35,877 nucleotides of DNA, from sequence record SRR20825019_1884. One strand, written 5' to 3'. Shown here in pieces: positions 19,976 through 29,582 of the stretch. The notes under the pieces are model-generated. The model was not told the origin of the DNA, ran no database searches, and saw nothing but the letters and a program-made list of their open reading frames with translations. Position 1 is the first letter of the stretch, and every line of letters begins with the position of its first letter. Both the position numbers and the translations under genes were made by a program.

Positions 19976-20950
19976 TTAAAATGGACCTGAAAAATCTTCA
20001 CCTAACATTTTGATTTTAGTTTCAGGGTCAGGTGTCAAATCTTCTAAAAATTTCATTATTTCTTGGTTATTAACATGTTTAGCGTGTTTATATGGAGTAT
20101 CATTTTGGCTATGAAGCATTTTTTCTAAAATATCATGATTGTCTTTACATAAATCTACTAAGTATTTCATAATATCAATTTCACCTTCATAAGCAGCTAT
20201 TATAAAAACCCATTCACTATTAGTATGTATCATTTTTTCTATCTCATCCTTATCATTACAAAGGCCAACTAAAAATTTTAAAACATCTAACTTTCCATTT
20301 TTAGCAGCATTTTTAAATGCTGCATCTCTACCATAATGAATTAATTCATAAATTTTTTTAGAGTCGTTATGTATATTATTCACAAGATGCTGCATTACAA
20401 TTAATCTTCCATTAATTGCAGAATCTATAAAAATTTTTAAAGACATTTGATGAATCATTTGAATAGATTCATCAATATATTCTCCTTCTTTTTTTAATAT
20501 GCTTTCAAGATATTCCATTATTTTAACAGAACTACTTTTAGAAGCTGATTCATATAATTCTTCCCAGCAGGATAAAATATCTACAACACTAAGAAGATTA
20601 TGATCTGGATTTACTAGATATTGGGTAAATTCATATTGACCTTTCTTTATTGCAGCTTCAAGTGCTTTATCATAAGTGCATATATTCATATCATCAAAAA
20701 AATTTTTCCTAGATGGTTTATCAATTTTATTAATAAAATAATCAAAAATACTAACTTGGCCTCTTTCAGCAGATTTTATGATTATGTCGTATATTTTTAA
20801 ATTTAATTTAGATAATATTTTTTCTAGATCTTCTTTGCTAGTATTTTTTAGAGAGTCATTATAAATAAGATTGCTGAGATGTTGATATGCTCTATCTTGA
20901 CTTTTAAGAAAATTTTTATTTAAATCTATCCTTTCTAAAATATTATCCAT
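19976..20950 (-). CDS. Ankyrin-repeat protein (37-38-aa repeat variant)
   Basis: Repeats such as LIHYGRDAAFKNAAKNGKLDVLKFL and MIHTNSEWVFIIAAYEGEIDIMKYL. Confidence 0.88.
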   Translation of the reverse strand: MDNILERIDLNKNFLKSQDRAYQHLSNLIYNDSLKNTSKEDLEKILSKLNLKIYDIIIKSAERGQVSIFDYFINKIDKPSRKNFFDDMNICTYDKALEAAIKKGQYEFTQYLVNPDHNLLSVVDILSCWEELYESASKSSSVKIMEYLESILKKEGEYIDESIQMIHQMSLKIFIDSAINGRLIVMQHLVNNIHNDSKKIYELIHYGRDAAFKNAAKNGKLDVLKFLVGLCNDKDEIEKMIHTNSEWVFIIAAYEGEIDIMKYLVDLCKDNHDILEKMLHSQNDTPYKHAKHVNNQEIMKFLEDLTPDPETKIKMLGEDFSGPF

Positions 20951-21128
20951 AATTCTTGTGATCCTGATTTTAATATAAACTTAGAAATAATATTATGCAT
21001 AATTTAATCTATAAACAAGTTTTTTTAACAATACTATATTAATAAATTATCATTTTTCTTGCTGGATGGATTTTTGTGCCTATTATGCGTATAATTAAGT
21101 AATAATAATAAATAAAAATTTAAATATA

Positions 21129-22796
21129 GTGATTAATTTTTCAGCTCATAAAAAAGATTTTGTATTTCTACCTCTTGGTGGATGTAATGAAATAGGTATT
21201 AATGTTAATTTATATCATTTTAATGGAAAGTGGATAATGGTAGATCTTGGAAGCGGGTTTGCTGATGATTCTACTCCAGGAGTAGATATGATTGTCGCTG
21301 ATTTAGATTTTGTAAGAAGAAATCAAAAAAATATATTGGGTTTAATACTTACTCATGCTCATGAAGATCATTTGGGAGGGATTTCATATTTATTTGATGA
21401 TATAAGTTTTCCGGTATATGCAACTAATTTTACAGCTAATTTTTTAAAATCTAAATTAAACGAATATAGTTTTGCATCAAATCTAGATATCAGAGTTGTA
21501 GAGCCTGGTAGTAGTTTAGAGTTAGGTCCATTTCAGATAGAGATGTTAGGACTAGCTCATTCAACTGCAGAAATGCAAGCTTTAATGATTAGAACAGAAG
21601 CTTGCAATATATTTCATACAGGAGACTGGAAATTTGATGAAAATCCAATTATAGGAAAAAATCTTGATCAAAATAAACTTATTGAGTTTGGAAAGGAAGG
21701 GGTAAAAGCTATTATTTGTGATTCAACAAATATATTTAATTCAGGAAGTTCTGGTTCTGAAGGAGAAGTACGAACTAATTTAATAGAACTTGTTAAAAAA
21801 TGTAAGGAAATGGTGGTTATTACTACTTTTGCATCTAATCTAGCTCGTCTTGATAGCATAATACAAGCGGCATCACTTTCAAATAGAAAATTAGTATTAA
21901 GTGGAAGATCATTACATAGAATGCTAGAATCTGCAAAAGCTAGTGGTTACTTAAAAAATACTGAGAATGTAATAATAGATGAATCTATTGCTTTTAAGTA
22001 TAAACGGTCTGAATTACTTGTTGCAGCTACCGGATGTCAAGGTGAACATTTAGCCGCAACCAATAAGCTTGTACAAAATACTCATAAATATATAAAGCTC
22101 TTAAAAAATGATACTGTAATTTTTTCATCTAAAATTATACCAGGTAATGAGAAAAAAATATTTAAGATGGTTAATGAATTAGTTAAAAAAAATGTTGAAG
22201 TAATAACAGAGCGAGATCATTTAGTTCATGTATCTGGCCATCCAGCCAAAGATGAACTTGCCAAAATGTATGAGCTTATAAAACCTGAAATTAGCGTTCC
22301 TGTTCATGGAGAAGCTATGCATATTCATGCTCACTCAAATTTTGCTAGAAAGCTAGGAGTTAAGGATGCTATAGAGTTAACTAATGGAGATGTATTAAAA
22401 CTAAGTGGAGATAAAGCAGAAATTATAGGAAGAGTGCATTCTGGATATTTAGCTGTTGATGGTAATTATTTAATTGATATTAATTCTTCTATATTTAAAT
22501 TTAGAAAAAGGCTTAAAGAAGCAGGTGCAATTTTTGTCTCTTTAGTATTAAATAAAAAGCATAAATTGCTTGCCCCAGTTACAGTATATGCTCCTGGCTC
22601 TATTGATGAATCATTAGATCTTGAGCTTATAGATATGATAAAATATAAAATTGAAATTAGCCTTGAAGATTATGCTTCAAAATTTAGAATATCTAATGAT
22701 ATAATAAAAAAAGACATAAGTAGTTTAGTGAAAAAAACAGTTAAGAAGGAACTTGGTAAAACTCCTCAAATTTGTGTAAGTATTAGCATTATTTAA
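21129..22796 (+). CDS. rnj: Ribonuclease J
   Basis: LPLGG.NEIG.N, THAHEDH.G metallo-beta-lactamase motif, HTGDWK, ATG.QGE, HVSGH, PVHGE; GTG start. Confidence 0.96.
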   Translation: MINFSAHKKDFVFLPLGGCNEIGINVNLYHFNGKWIMVDLGSGFADDSTPGVDMIVADLDFVRRNQKNILGLILTHAHEDHLGGISYLFDDISFPVYATNFTANFLKSKLNEYSFASNLDIRVVEPGSSLELGPFQIEMLGLAHSTAEMQALMIRTEACNIFHTGDWKFDENPIIGKNLDQNKLIEFGKEGVKAIICDSTNIFNSGSSGSEGEVRTNLIELVKKCKEMVVITTFASNLARLDSIIQAASLSNRKLVLSGRSLHRMLESAKASGYLKNTENVIIDESIAFKYKRSELLVAATGCQGEHLAATNKLVQNTHKYIKLLKNDTVIFSSKIIPGNEKKIFKMVNELVKKNVEVITERDHLVHVSGHPAKDELAKMYELIKPEISVPVHGEAMHIHAHSNFARKLGVKDAIELTNGDVLKLSGDKAEIIGRVHSGYLAVDGNYLIDINSSIFKFRKRLKEAGAIFVSLVLNKKHKLLAPVTVYAPGSIDESLDLELIDMIKYKIEISLEDYASKFRISNDIIKKDISSLVKKTVKKELGKTPQICVSISII

Positions 22797-22868
22797 AAGA
22801 TATTTTTAGCTTATATATTATATTTTCATAAGCTAATTTTATAAATTTTATAATAATATTTATAATAA

Positions 22869-22895
22869 AAAAGGAGCCCAATTTAGGCTCCTTTT
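22869..22895. terminator. Bidirectional intrinsic terminator
   Basis: AAAAGGAGCC-caattta-GGCTCCTTTT with A/T tracts on both sides, between convergent rnj and prsA. Confidence 0.85.
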
Positions 22896-23027
22896 ATTAA
22901 CTAATAGGGTATTATTGAATTTATTATTATTTAATGAAATTTAATCATTTAAATAAATAATTTGATTAAATTAAACGTTATTTATCTATTAATTAATTTT
23001 ATAAATAAAATAATATTTGTTTATTGC

Positions 23028-23888
23028 TTACTTCGCTTCTTGAATATTTTTCTCTTCTTTTGTATGAATTTCAACATTATATTTTTTCTTAAGCTCAACA
23101 AGCATTTGTTTTAATTCTTCATTTTCAACTATTCTAAACATTTTTTCTTGAGCTTCTTCAAATGACTCAACAACAATACTCTCTTTAGAATCAAGTCTAA
23201 CAATTGACCATCCAATTGGTGTTTTTATTGGTGATGAATTTTCGTTTGCCTTAAGAGCATCTACTATTTCTAAATATTCTTTAGGAAGTTGATCTCTAGT
23301 CATAGCTGGTAGTCTACCTGCTTGATCTTTACTAGTTTGATCTATTGAAAATTCTTTAGCTAGATTATTAAATTTTTCACCATTATTAAGTTTTTGTTTA
23401 ATATTTTTTGATGTTTGTTGATCCTTAACAATTATATGGCTAATATTATATTGCATTTTACCGTTATATTCAGCTTGATATTCTTTATATTTTTGTTGGA
23501 TCTTTTCTTTAGTGATTTTATCTTTGATATAATTATTAATAAATATTTTTTTTGCAACATCCTCTAAAGCATTTTTAAATTCTGTTGTTTCCTTAATTTT
23601 TTTCTCATTAACTTCTTTTTGAAGTATGATATTAAAAATATAATTTTCTATCAATATTGATTTTAATTGACTTGCTTGATCACTAAATTTTGAGCTCTTA
23701 GGATTAACTAACTGAGGCATGTTATCTTTTACATAATTCATAACTTCTAAAGAAGTAATGTTTTTGCCATTAAATTTTGCAACTATTTCTTGATCATTTG
23801 CAAATGAGTTAAAGGGTATAGAAAATAAGATAATTGTTACTATATTTAATAATAATGATTTAGGATTATTCCTTTTAATATTTTTCAT
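23028..23888 (-). CDS. prsA: Parvulin-type peptidyl-prolyl isomerase (PrsA-like)
   Basis: Signal peptide; IVAKFNG..IT, SHIIVK, GEKF..LAKEFS.D, S.PIKT.IGW.I; divergent from secA. Confidence 0.85.
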   Translation of the reverse strand: MKNIKRNNPKSLLLNIVTIILFSIPFNSFANDQEIVAKFNGKNITSLEVMNYVKDNMPQLVNPKSSKFSDQASQLKSILIENYIFNIILQKEVNEKKIKETTEFKNALEDVAKKIFINNYIKDKITKEKIQQKYKEYQAEYNGKMQYNISHIIVKDQQTSKNIKQKLNNGEKFNNLAKEFSIDQTSKDQAGRLPAMTRDQLPKEYLEIVDALKANENSSPIKTPIGWSIVRLDSKESIVVESFEEAQEKMFRIVENEELKQMLVELKKKYNVEIHTKEEKNIQEAK

Positions 23889-23929
23889 GATTTATATATT
23901 TTAGGTTAGTTAATTAATTTATTATTTGT

Positions 23930-23958
23930 AATCTATTCTGATTAATCAAAAACGTCAA
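23930..23958 (-). promoter_or_regulatory. Possible sigma70 promoter for prsA
   Basis: Minus strand TTGACG-17 bp-TAGATT, ~40 bp upstream of the start. Confidence 0.5.
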
Positions 23959-24039
23959 TATTAAAGGTGAAAAAAGTTTGCTAAAATAGCAAAAATGCAT
24001 ATGCTCTTGCATTAAATATATTTAAGATAATAAAAAATT

Positions 24040-26775
24040 ATGGTTGCTTTACTCAAAAGAATTTTTGGCTCAGCAAATGATAGAATTCTATCAAAATATT
24101 ATAAAGAAATTAAAAATATTAATGATTTAGAAGTAGAAATTTCTAAGTTAAGTGATGATGAATTAAAACTTAAAACCAAAAAATTTCAGGCAATGCTTAA
24201 AGACAATATTGCGTCTAAGGCTGATATTAAACATGAGGCATTTGCAGTTGTAAGAGAAGCTTCTAAAAGAGTTTTAGGAATGAGGCATTTTGATGTTCAG
24301 TTAGTTGGAGGTCTTATACTTAATGATTCTAAAATAGCTGAGATGAGAACTGGTGAAGGAAAAACGTTAGTAGCAACTTTACCAGCATATTTAAATGCAC
24401 TTTATATGAAGGGTGTTCATGTAGTTACTGTAAATGATTATCTTGCAACCAGGGATGCCAATTGGATGGGAGCTTTATATAATTTTTTAGGATTATCTGT
24501 CGGTATAATTACAAATACTTCTTCAGATGAAGAAAGAAAGGAAGCATATAGTAGAGATATTACTTATGTAACTAATAATGAGCTAGGATTTGATTATTTA
24601 AGAGATAATATGAAGTATGAAGTCGAATCAAGAGTTCAAAGGGGGCATTTTTTTGCAATAATTGATGAAGTAGATTCTATTTTAATAGATGAAGCAAGAA
24701 CTCCACTTATCATTTCAGGGCCAGTAGATGATTCAACAAAACTTTATGTAGAGGCTGATAGAATAGTAAAGAAGCTAAATTCGAGTGATTATGATATTGA
24801 TGAAAAAACTAAGTCGGTAAATTTAAATGAAGAAGGAATAAATAAAGTAGAGGAGGAATTAAAGCTTTATTCATTAATTAATAAAAATACTAGTTTATTT
24901 GATTTTGAAAATCTTGAGTTTGTTCATTATATAAATCAATCATTAAAGGCTAATAATTTATTTAAAAAGGATGTTGAATATGTAGTTCAAGAAGGACAAA
25001 TTCAAATAATTGATGAATTTACTGGAAGAATAATGAAAGGAAGAAGATATTCAGAGGGTCTTCATCAAGCAATAGAAGCAAAAGAATCAGTTGCAATACA
25101 AAATGAAAATCAAACCTTAGCTTCAATTACATTTCAGAATTATTTTAGAAGTTATAAAAATTTATCTGGAATGACAGGTACAGCTATGACAGAATCTCAA
25201 GAACTTAAAGAGATTTATAAACTGGATGTTGTTGCAGTGCCTCCTAATATTAAATCAGTAAGAATAGATAAGGAAGATGAGATTTATGGTACAAAAAAAG
25301 AAAAATATGATGCTATTTTAAAGCAAATTAATGAATGTTATGATAAAGGTCAGCCAGTGCTTGTTGGTACTGTAAGTATTGAAAGATCTGAAGAGATATC
25401 TGATCTTTTAAGAAAAAAAGGTATTAAACATAATGTATTAAATGCTAAGTATCATGAGAAGGAAGCTCATATTATAGCTCAAGCTGGTAGGTTTAAAGCT
25501 GTAACAATAGCTACAAATATGGCAGGTAGAGGTACTGATATAATGCTTGGTGGAAATCCTTCAATGTTAATTGAAGAACTTGAAGAAAAAACAGGTAAAT
25601 CATTGAGTGAAGATAAGAAAGTTCAAGATGAGATTCACAGTAAAGTCATGAAGGAAAAGGAGGATGTAAAAAATATAGGAGGATTATTTATAATAGCAAC
25701 TGAGCGGCATGAAAGTAGAAGAATAGACAACCAGTTAAGGGGAAGGTCAGGAAGGCAAGGAGATCCAGGTATTACTAAGTTTTTTCTATCACTTGAAGAT
25801 GATTTAATGAGGATATTTGCATCAGAAAGAATATCAAATTTACTCAGGAAAATGGGATTAAAGGACGGTGAAGCTATTAATCACCCTATGGTTTCAGGGG
25901 CGCTTGCTAAGGCTCAAAATAAAGTAGAAGCTCATAATTTTGAAATCAGAAAAAACTTATTAAAATTTGATAATGTAATGAATGATCAAAGAAAGATTAT
26001 TTATTCAAAAAGGGATGAAATTATTGATTCAGAAGATTTTGATGAGCTTGTAAATAGTTTATCTTGTGAGGCTATTGAGGAAATTGTTGGAAGAAATATA
26101 CCAAAAGCTTCTTATAGAGAAGAGTGGGATATTGATGAGCTTAAGAAGGAATTATTAAATAATTTTGGAATTATCATAAATGAAGAAGATATAAAAAATG
26201 GGGATCAAGATGATGAAGATATTATTAAATTTATTCAGGATGAATTTAATAATATATTAAAGTTGAAGGATGAAAAATATGGAAAGCATAATATGGATAA
26301 GGCAAAAAAATATATTATGCTAGATTCTTTAGATCAGGTATGGAAGGATCATTTACATAGTCTTGATCATTTAAGGCAGGGTATATCTTTAAGAGCATAT
26401 GGACAAAAAGATCCATTAATTGAGTATAAAAAAGAATCATTTACATTATTTGAGGTCATGCTTGATAATTTAAGGGATAAATTTATACAAAATATTTGTC
26501 ATTTAAAATTAGATACGCAAAATTTTGATAATACTAAGCTTGATATTAGAAATAAATCAATGCAAAATATCAGTGCAACAAGAAATGATCCTGCATTTGA
26601 AAAATATAATTCAGGAAGTTCTATTCAGTCTGGTTTAAAGCCAAGTTTAGGAAGGGTTGATCCAAAAGATAGGAAGGCAAATGATCCATCATCTTGGGGT
26701 AAAGTTTCAAGGAATGAACCATGTCCTTGTGGATCTATGAAAAAATATAAACATTGTCATGGTAAAATTATATAA
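24040..26775 (+). CDS. secA: Preprotein translocase ATPase SecA
   Basis: [70 protein letters not shown]-terminal [17 protein letters not shown]. Confidence 0.99.
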   Translation: MVALLKRIFGSANDRILSKYYKEIKNINDLEVEISKLSDDELKLKTKKFQAMLKDNIASKADIKHEAFAVVREASKRVLGMRHFDVQLVGGLILNDSKIAEMRTGEGKTLVATLPAYLNALYMKGVHVVTVNDYLATRDANWMGALYNFLGLSVGIITNTSSDEERKEAYSRDITYVTNNELGFDYLRDNMKYEVESRVQRGHFFAIIDEVDSILIDEARTPLIISGPVDDSTKLYVEADRIVKKLNSSDYDIDEKTKSVNLNEEGINKVEEELKLYSLINKNTSLFDFENLEFVHYINQSLKANNLFKKDVEYVVQEGQIQIIDEFTGRIMKGRRYSEGLHQAIEAKESVAIQNENQTLASITFQNYFRSYKNLSGMTGTAMTESQELKEIYKLDVVAVPPNIKSVRIDKEDEIYGTKKEKYDAILKQINECYDKGQPVLVGTVSIERSEEISDLLRKKGIKHNVLNAKYHEKEAHIIAQAGRFKAVTIATNMAGRGTDIMLGGNPSMLIEELEEKTGKSLSEDKKVQDEIHSKVMKEKEDVKNIGGLFIIATERHESRRIDNQLRGRSGRQGDPGITKFFLSLEDDLMRIFASERISNLLRKMGLKDGEAINHPMVSGALAKAQNKVEAHNFEIRKNLLKFDNVMNDQRKIIYSKRDEIIDSEDFDELVNSLSCEAIEEIVGRNIPKASYREEWDIDELKKELLNNFGIIINEEDIKNGDQDDEDIIKFIQDEFNNILKLKDEKYGKHNMDKAKKYIMLDSLDQVWKDHLHSLDHLRQGISLRAYGQKDPLIEYKKESFTLFEVMLDNLRDKFIQNICHLKLDTQNFDNTKLDIRNKSMQNISATRNDPAFEKYNSGSSIQSGLKPSLGRVDPKDRKANDPSSWGKVSRNEPCPCGSMKKYKHCHGKII

Positions 26776-26791
26776 TTTTTAGGAATAAATT

Positions 26792-27487
26792 TTGGTACAA
26801 GAGAGAATTGCAAAGCTTATAAGAGATTCTGGTTTTTGTTCGAGGAGGGAAGCTGAGCAATATATAAAATCTCATAAAGTATCAGTTAATGGACTTATTA
26901 TAGATGATTGTTCTTTAAAATTTGATAGATCTATTAATATAGAAATAAGCGGAAAAAGAATAACATTATTTCAAGAGTCAAGGTTATGGTTGTTTCATAA
27001 ACCTTTAAATGTAATAGTATCTAAAAATGATCCGCAAAATAGAAAAACTATATTTGAAATGGTATATCCTGAAATTGGTAATGTTATTTCAGCGGGTAGA
27101 CTTGATTATAAAACTGAAGGTTTATTAATTCTTACTAACAATGCAAAAATTGCTCAAAAATTAGAAAACCCTAAGAATAAATATTTAAGAATATATAGAG
27201 TAAGATGTTTCAACAAAGATAATAAGTTAAAGCAAGATATAAATAAAGCCAGTATTATATATAATGGAATTAGATATAATATTGAATATATTAAGTTAAT
27301 TGAAAATATAGGAAGTAATGCATGGTATGAATGTGCTATAAGAGAGGGCAAAAATAGAGAAGTTAGAAATATATTTAATTATTTTAATTTAAAAATTAAT
27401 AAGCTTATTAGAATTGCATATGGCCCCTTTAAGTTAAATAATTTAAGAAAAGGTGAGTTAATTGAAATAAAAAAAATAAATATTTGA
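26792..27487 (+). CDS. rluB: rRNA pseudouridine synthase (RsuA/RluB family)
   Basis: S4 domain RIAK...SG.CSRREAE; catalytic GRLD..TEGL; EGKNREVR; TTG start. Confidence 0.85.
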   Translation: MVQERIAKLIRDSGFCSRREAEQYIKSHKVSVNGLIIDDCSLKFDRSINIEISGKRITLFQESRLWLFHKPLNVIVSKNDPQNRKTIFEMVYPEIGNVISAGRLDYKTEGLLILTNNAKIAQKLENPKNKYLRIYRVRCFNKDNKLKQDINKASIIYNGIRYNIEYIKLIENIGSNAWYECAIREGKNREVRNIFNYFNLKINKLIRIAYGPFKLNNLRKGELIEIKKINI

Positions 27488-27488
27488 T

Positions 27489-28046
27489 ATGAGAATAATT
27501 TCTGGATCATTAAAGGGGAGGAATTTAGAAATTCCTAAGAATATATATATAAGGCCAACTCAAGGGAAGATAAAAGAGTCTATATTTAGTATTCTAGAGA
27601 ATATTGGTGAGAATAATTTTATTTATGAGAATAAAAAAGTAATAGATATATGCTCAGGATCAGGAAGTTTAGGTTTTGAAGCGTTATCTAGAGGTGCAGC
27701 TCATGTAAGTTTTGTGGACATAGATATTAATATAATAAATGCAATTAAAAGAATAGCAGATAAATTTAAGGTTAGTGATAAGGTAAAACTTTATAACCAA
27801 GATGCTAAAAATTTAGAATATATAAATTATAGCTATGATTTAGTTTTTATTGATCCTCCTTATGAGTATAGTGATATTTTAAATAGAATATTAATTGAAT
27901 TAATTAAAAATCAATTACTAAATTCTGGTGCTATAGTTATATTAGAAACTAGTTATAATGAGGATATTACAATACCTTCTAATTATATAATAAATTCAGA
28001 AAGAATTTATGGAAAAACAAAATTAATATTTTTATTATATAACTAA
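27489..28046 (+). CDS. rsmD: 16S rRNA m2G966 methyltransferase
   Basis: MRIISG..KGR.L, RPT...KESIF, SGSGSLG.EALSRGA, FIDPPY, YG.T. Confidence 0.93.
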   Translation: MRIISGSLKGRNLEIPKNIYIRPTQGKIKESIFSILENIGENNFIYENKKVIDICSGSGSLGFEALSRGAAHVSFVDIDINIINAIKRIADKFKVSDKVKLYNQDAKNLEYINYSYDLVFIDPPYEYSDILNRILIELIKNQLLNSGAIVILETSYNEDITIPSNYIINSERIYGKTKLIFLLYN

Positions 28047-28099
28047 ATAAAAAATGTATAAGATATTATAACATTTTATGTCATACTAAATTATAAATT

Positions 28100-29437
28100 A
28101 TGAGTAAATCAAAAAGTCATTATGTATGCAGTAATTGCGGTACTATATTGTTAAAATGGTCTGGCCATTGTCTTGATTGTAACAGCTGGGGAACTATTTA
28201 TGAGGAGGTTTTAAATGCAGATACTATAAGTCATAAGGGAAAAAAATTATCTATTGAAAAGTTGGATCTTGATGTTGAAGATTATAAAAGAACTTCTACA
28301 AATATTGGTGAGCTAGATTTGGTATTAGGTGGTGGCATGGTTGAAGGAAGTGCTATTTTAGTTGGTGGTGATCCTGGAATTGGTAAGTCTACATTACTTT
28401 TGCAGCTTGGTTCTATACTTGCTAAAAATTGTTTAAATTGTTTATATGTAACTGGAGAAGAATCTGCCCGCCAGATAAAGTTAAGGGCTTCAAGGCTTGG
28501 GGTGATAAATGCTGATTTAAATATTTTAGCTGCTACTAATTTATCAGATATAATTAGTACTATAGAATCAATGAATAATTTAGATGTAATTATAATAGAT
28601 TCTATACAAACAATATATTCAGAGAATATATCATCAGCTCCTGGTACAGTTTCTCAAGTGAAGTATGTATCAGGAGAGCTTGTAAATTATGTTAAAAAAA
28701 ATAATATTTCTTTATTTTTAGTAGGTCATGTTACTAAGGAAGGTCAAATAGCAGGTCCTAAGGTACTTGAGCATATGGTTGATACGGTATTATATTTTGA
28801 GGGTGAGAATAATCTTCAATACAGAATTTTAAGATCAGTTAAAAACAGATTTGGCGGGGCAAATGAAATAGGAATTTTTGAGATGACTTCTTCTGGTCTT
28901 AAAGAAGTATTAAACCCTTCAGAGCTATTTTTGCTAGAAAGAGGAAGAGAGATGAATGGAACGAGTGTTTTTGCAAGTATTGAAGGTAGCAGGCCTATAC
29001 TTGTAGAAGTACAGGCTTTAGTTGCTAAATCAAATATGCCAACACCAAGAAGGTCAGTAGTAGGATGGGATTTAAATAGACTATCTATGATACTTGCTGT
29101 TCTTGGAGTAAGATATGGATTAAAATTAGATTTTCATGAGGTTTATTTGAGTATTGCAGGTGGAATTAAGGTTACGGATCCTGGAGCTGATCTTGCTGTA
29201 GCTGCTGCTTTAATTTCTGCAGCTACTAATAAGCCTTTATCTTTAGGAAGTGTTTTTTTTGGTGAAGTTGGTTTATCTGGTGAGGTTAGAAGAGTTGGTC
29301 AGTCTGAAGCTAGAATTAAAGAGTCATTAAAACTTGGTTTTGATAAGGTTTTATGTCCAGAGGGGACAGCAAGTAAAAATTCTAAAATAACTCCAGTAAC
29401 ACATATTAAGCAACTCGGTGGAATATTTAATTTGTAG
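28100..29437 (+). CDS. radA: DNA repair protein RadA/Sms
   Basis: C4 zinc finger CSNCG..W.G.C..C..W, GGDPGIGKSTL, KNRFG motif, Lon-like C terminus GEVGLSGEVR. Confidence 0.97.
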   Translation: MSKSKSHYVCSNCGTILLKWSGHCLDCNSWGTIYEEVLNADTISHKGKKLSIEKLDLDVEDYKRTSTNIGELDLVLGGGMVEGSAILVGGDPGIGKSTLLLQLGSILAKNCLNCLYVTGEESARQIKLRASRLGVINADLNILAATNLSDIISTIESMNNLDVIIIDSIQTIYSENISSAPGTVSQVKYVSGELVNYVKKNNISLFLVGHVTKEGQIAGPKVLEHMVDTVLYFEGENNLQYRILRSVKNRFGGANEIGIFEMTSSGLKEVLNPSELFLLERGREMNGTSVFASIEGSRPILVEVQALVAKSNMPTPRRSVVGWDLNRLSMILAVLGVRYGLKLDFHEVYLSIAGGIKVTDPGADLAVAAALISAATNKPLSLGSVFFGEVGLSGEVRRVGQSEARIKESLKLGFDKVLCPEGTASKNSKITPVTHIKQLGGIFNL

Positions 29438-29529
29438 TAATTAATAATTAATAAATATAATTAATTATTATTAATAATTATAAAAATAGCGAATCAAATT
29501 AAGGAGCAAGGGTAATAAATATATAAAGA

Positions 29530-29558
29530 TTGACAGTATAAATAAGTTTTACTAGAAT
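29530..29558 (+). promoter_or_regulatory. Near-consensus sigma70 promoter for the 602-aa ankyrin gene
   Basis: TTGACA-17 bp-TAGAAT; AGAGGT RBS just before the ATG at 29583. Confidence 0.7.
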
Positions 29559-29582
29559 TTTAAAAAAAAATAGAGGTTTATT

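Noticed and set aside
22900-23025. Imperfect AT-only inverted repeats and TTAA-N7-TTAA (CtrA-like) patterns in spacers
   Set aside because: Expected by chance at this base composition.
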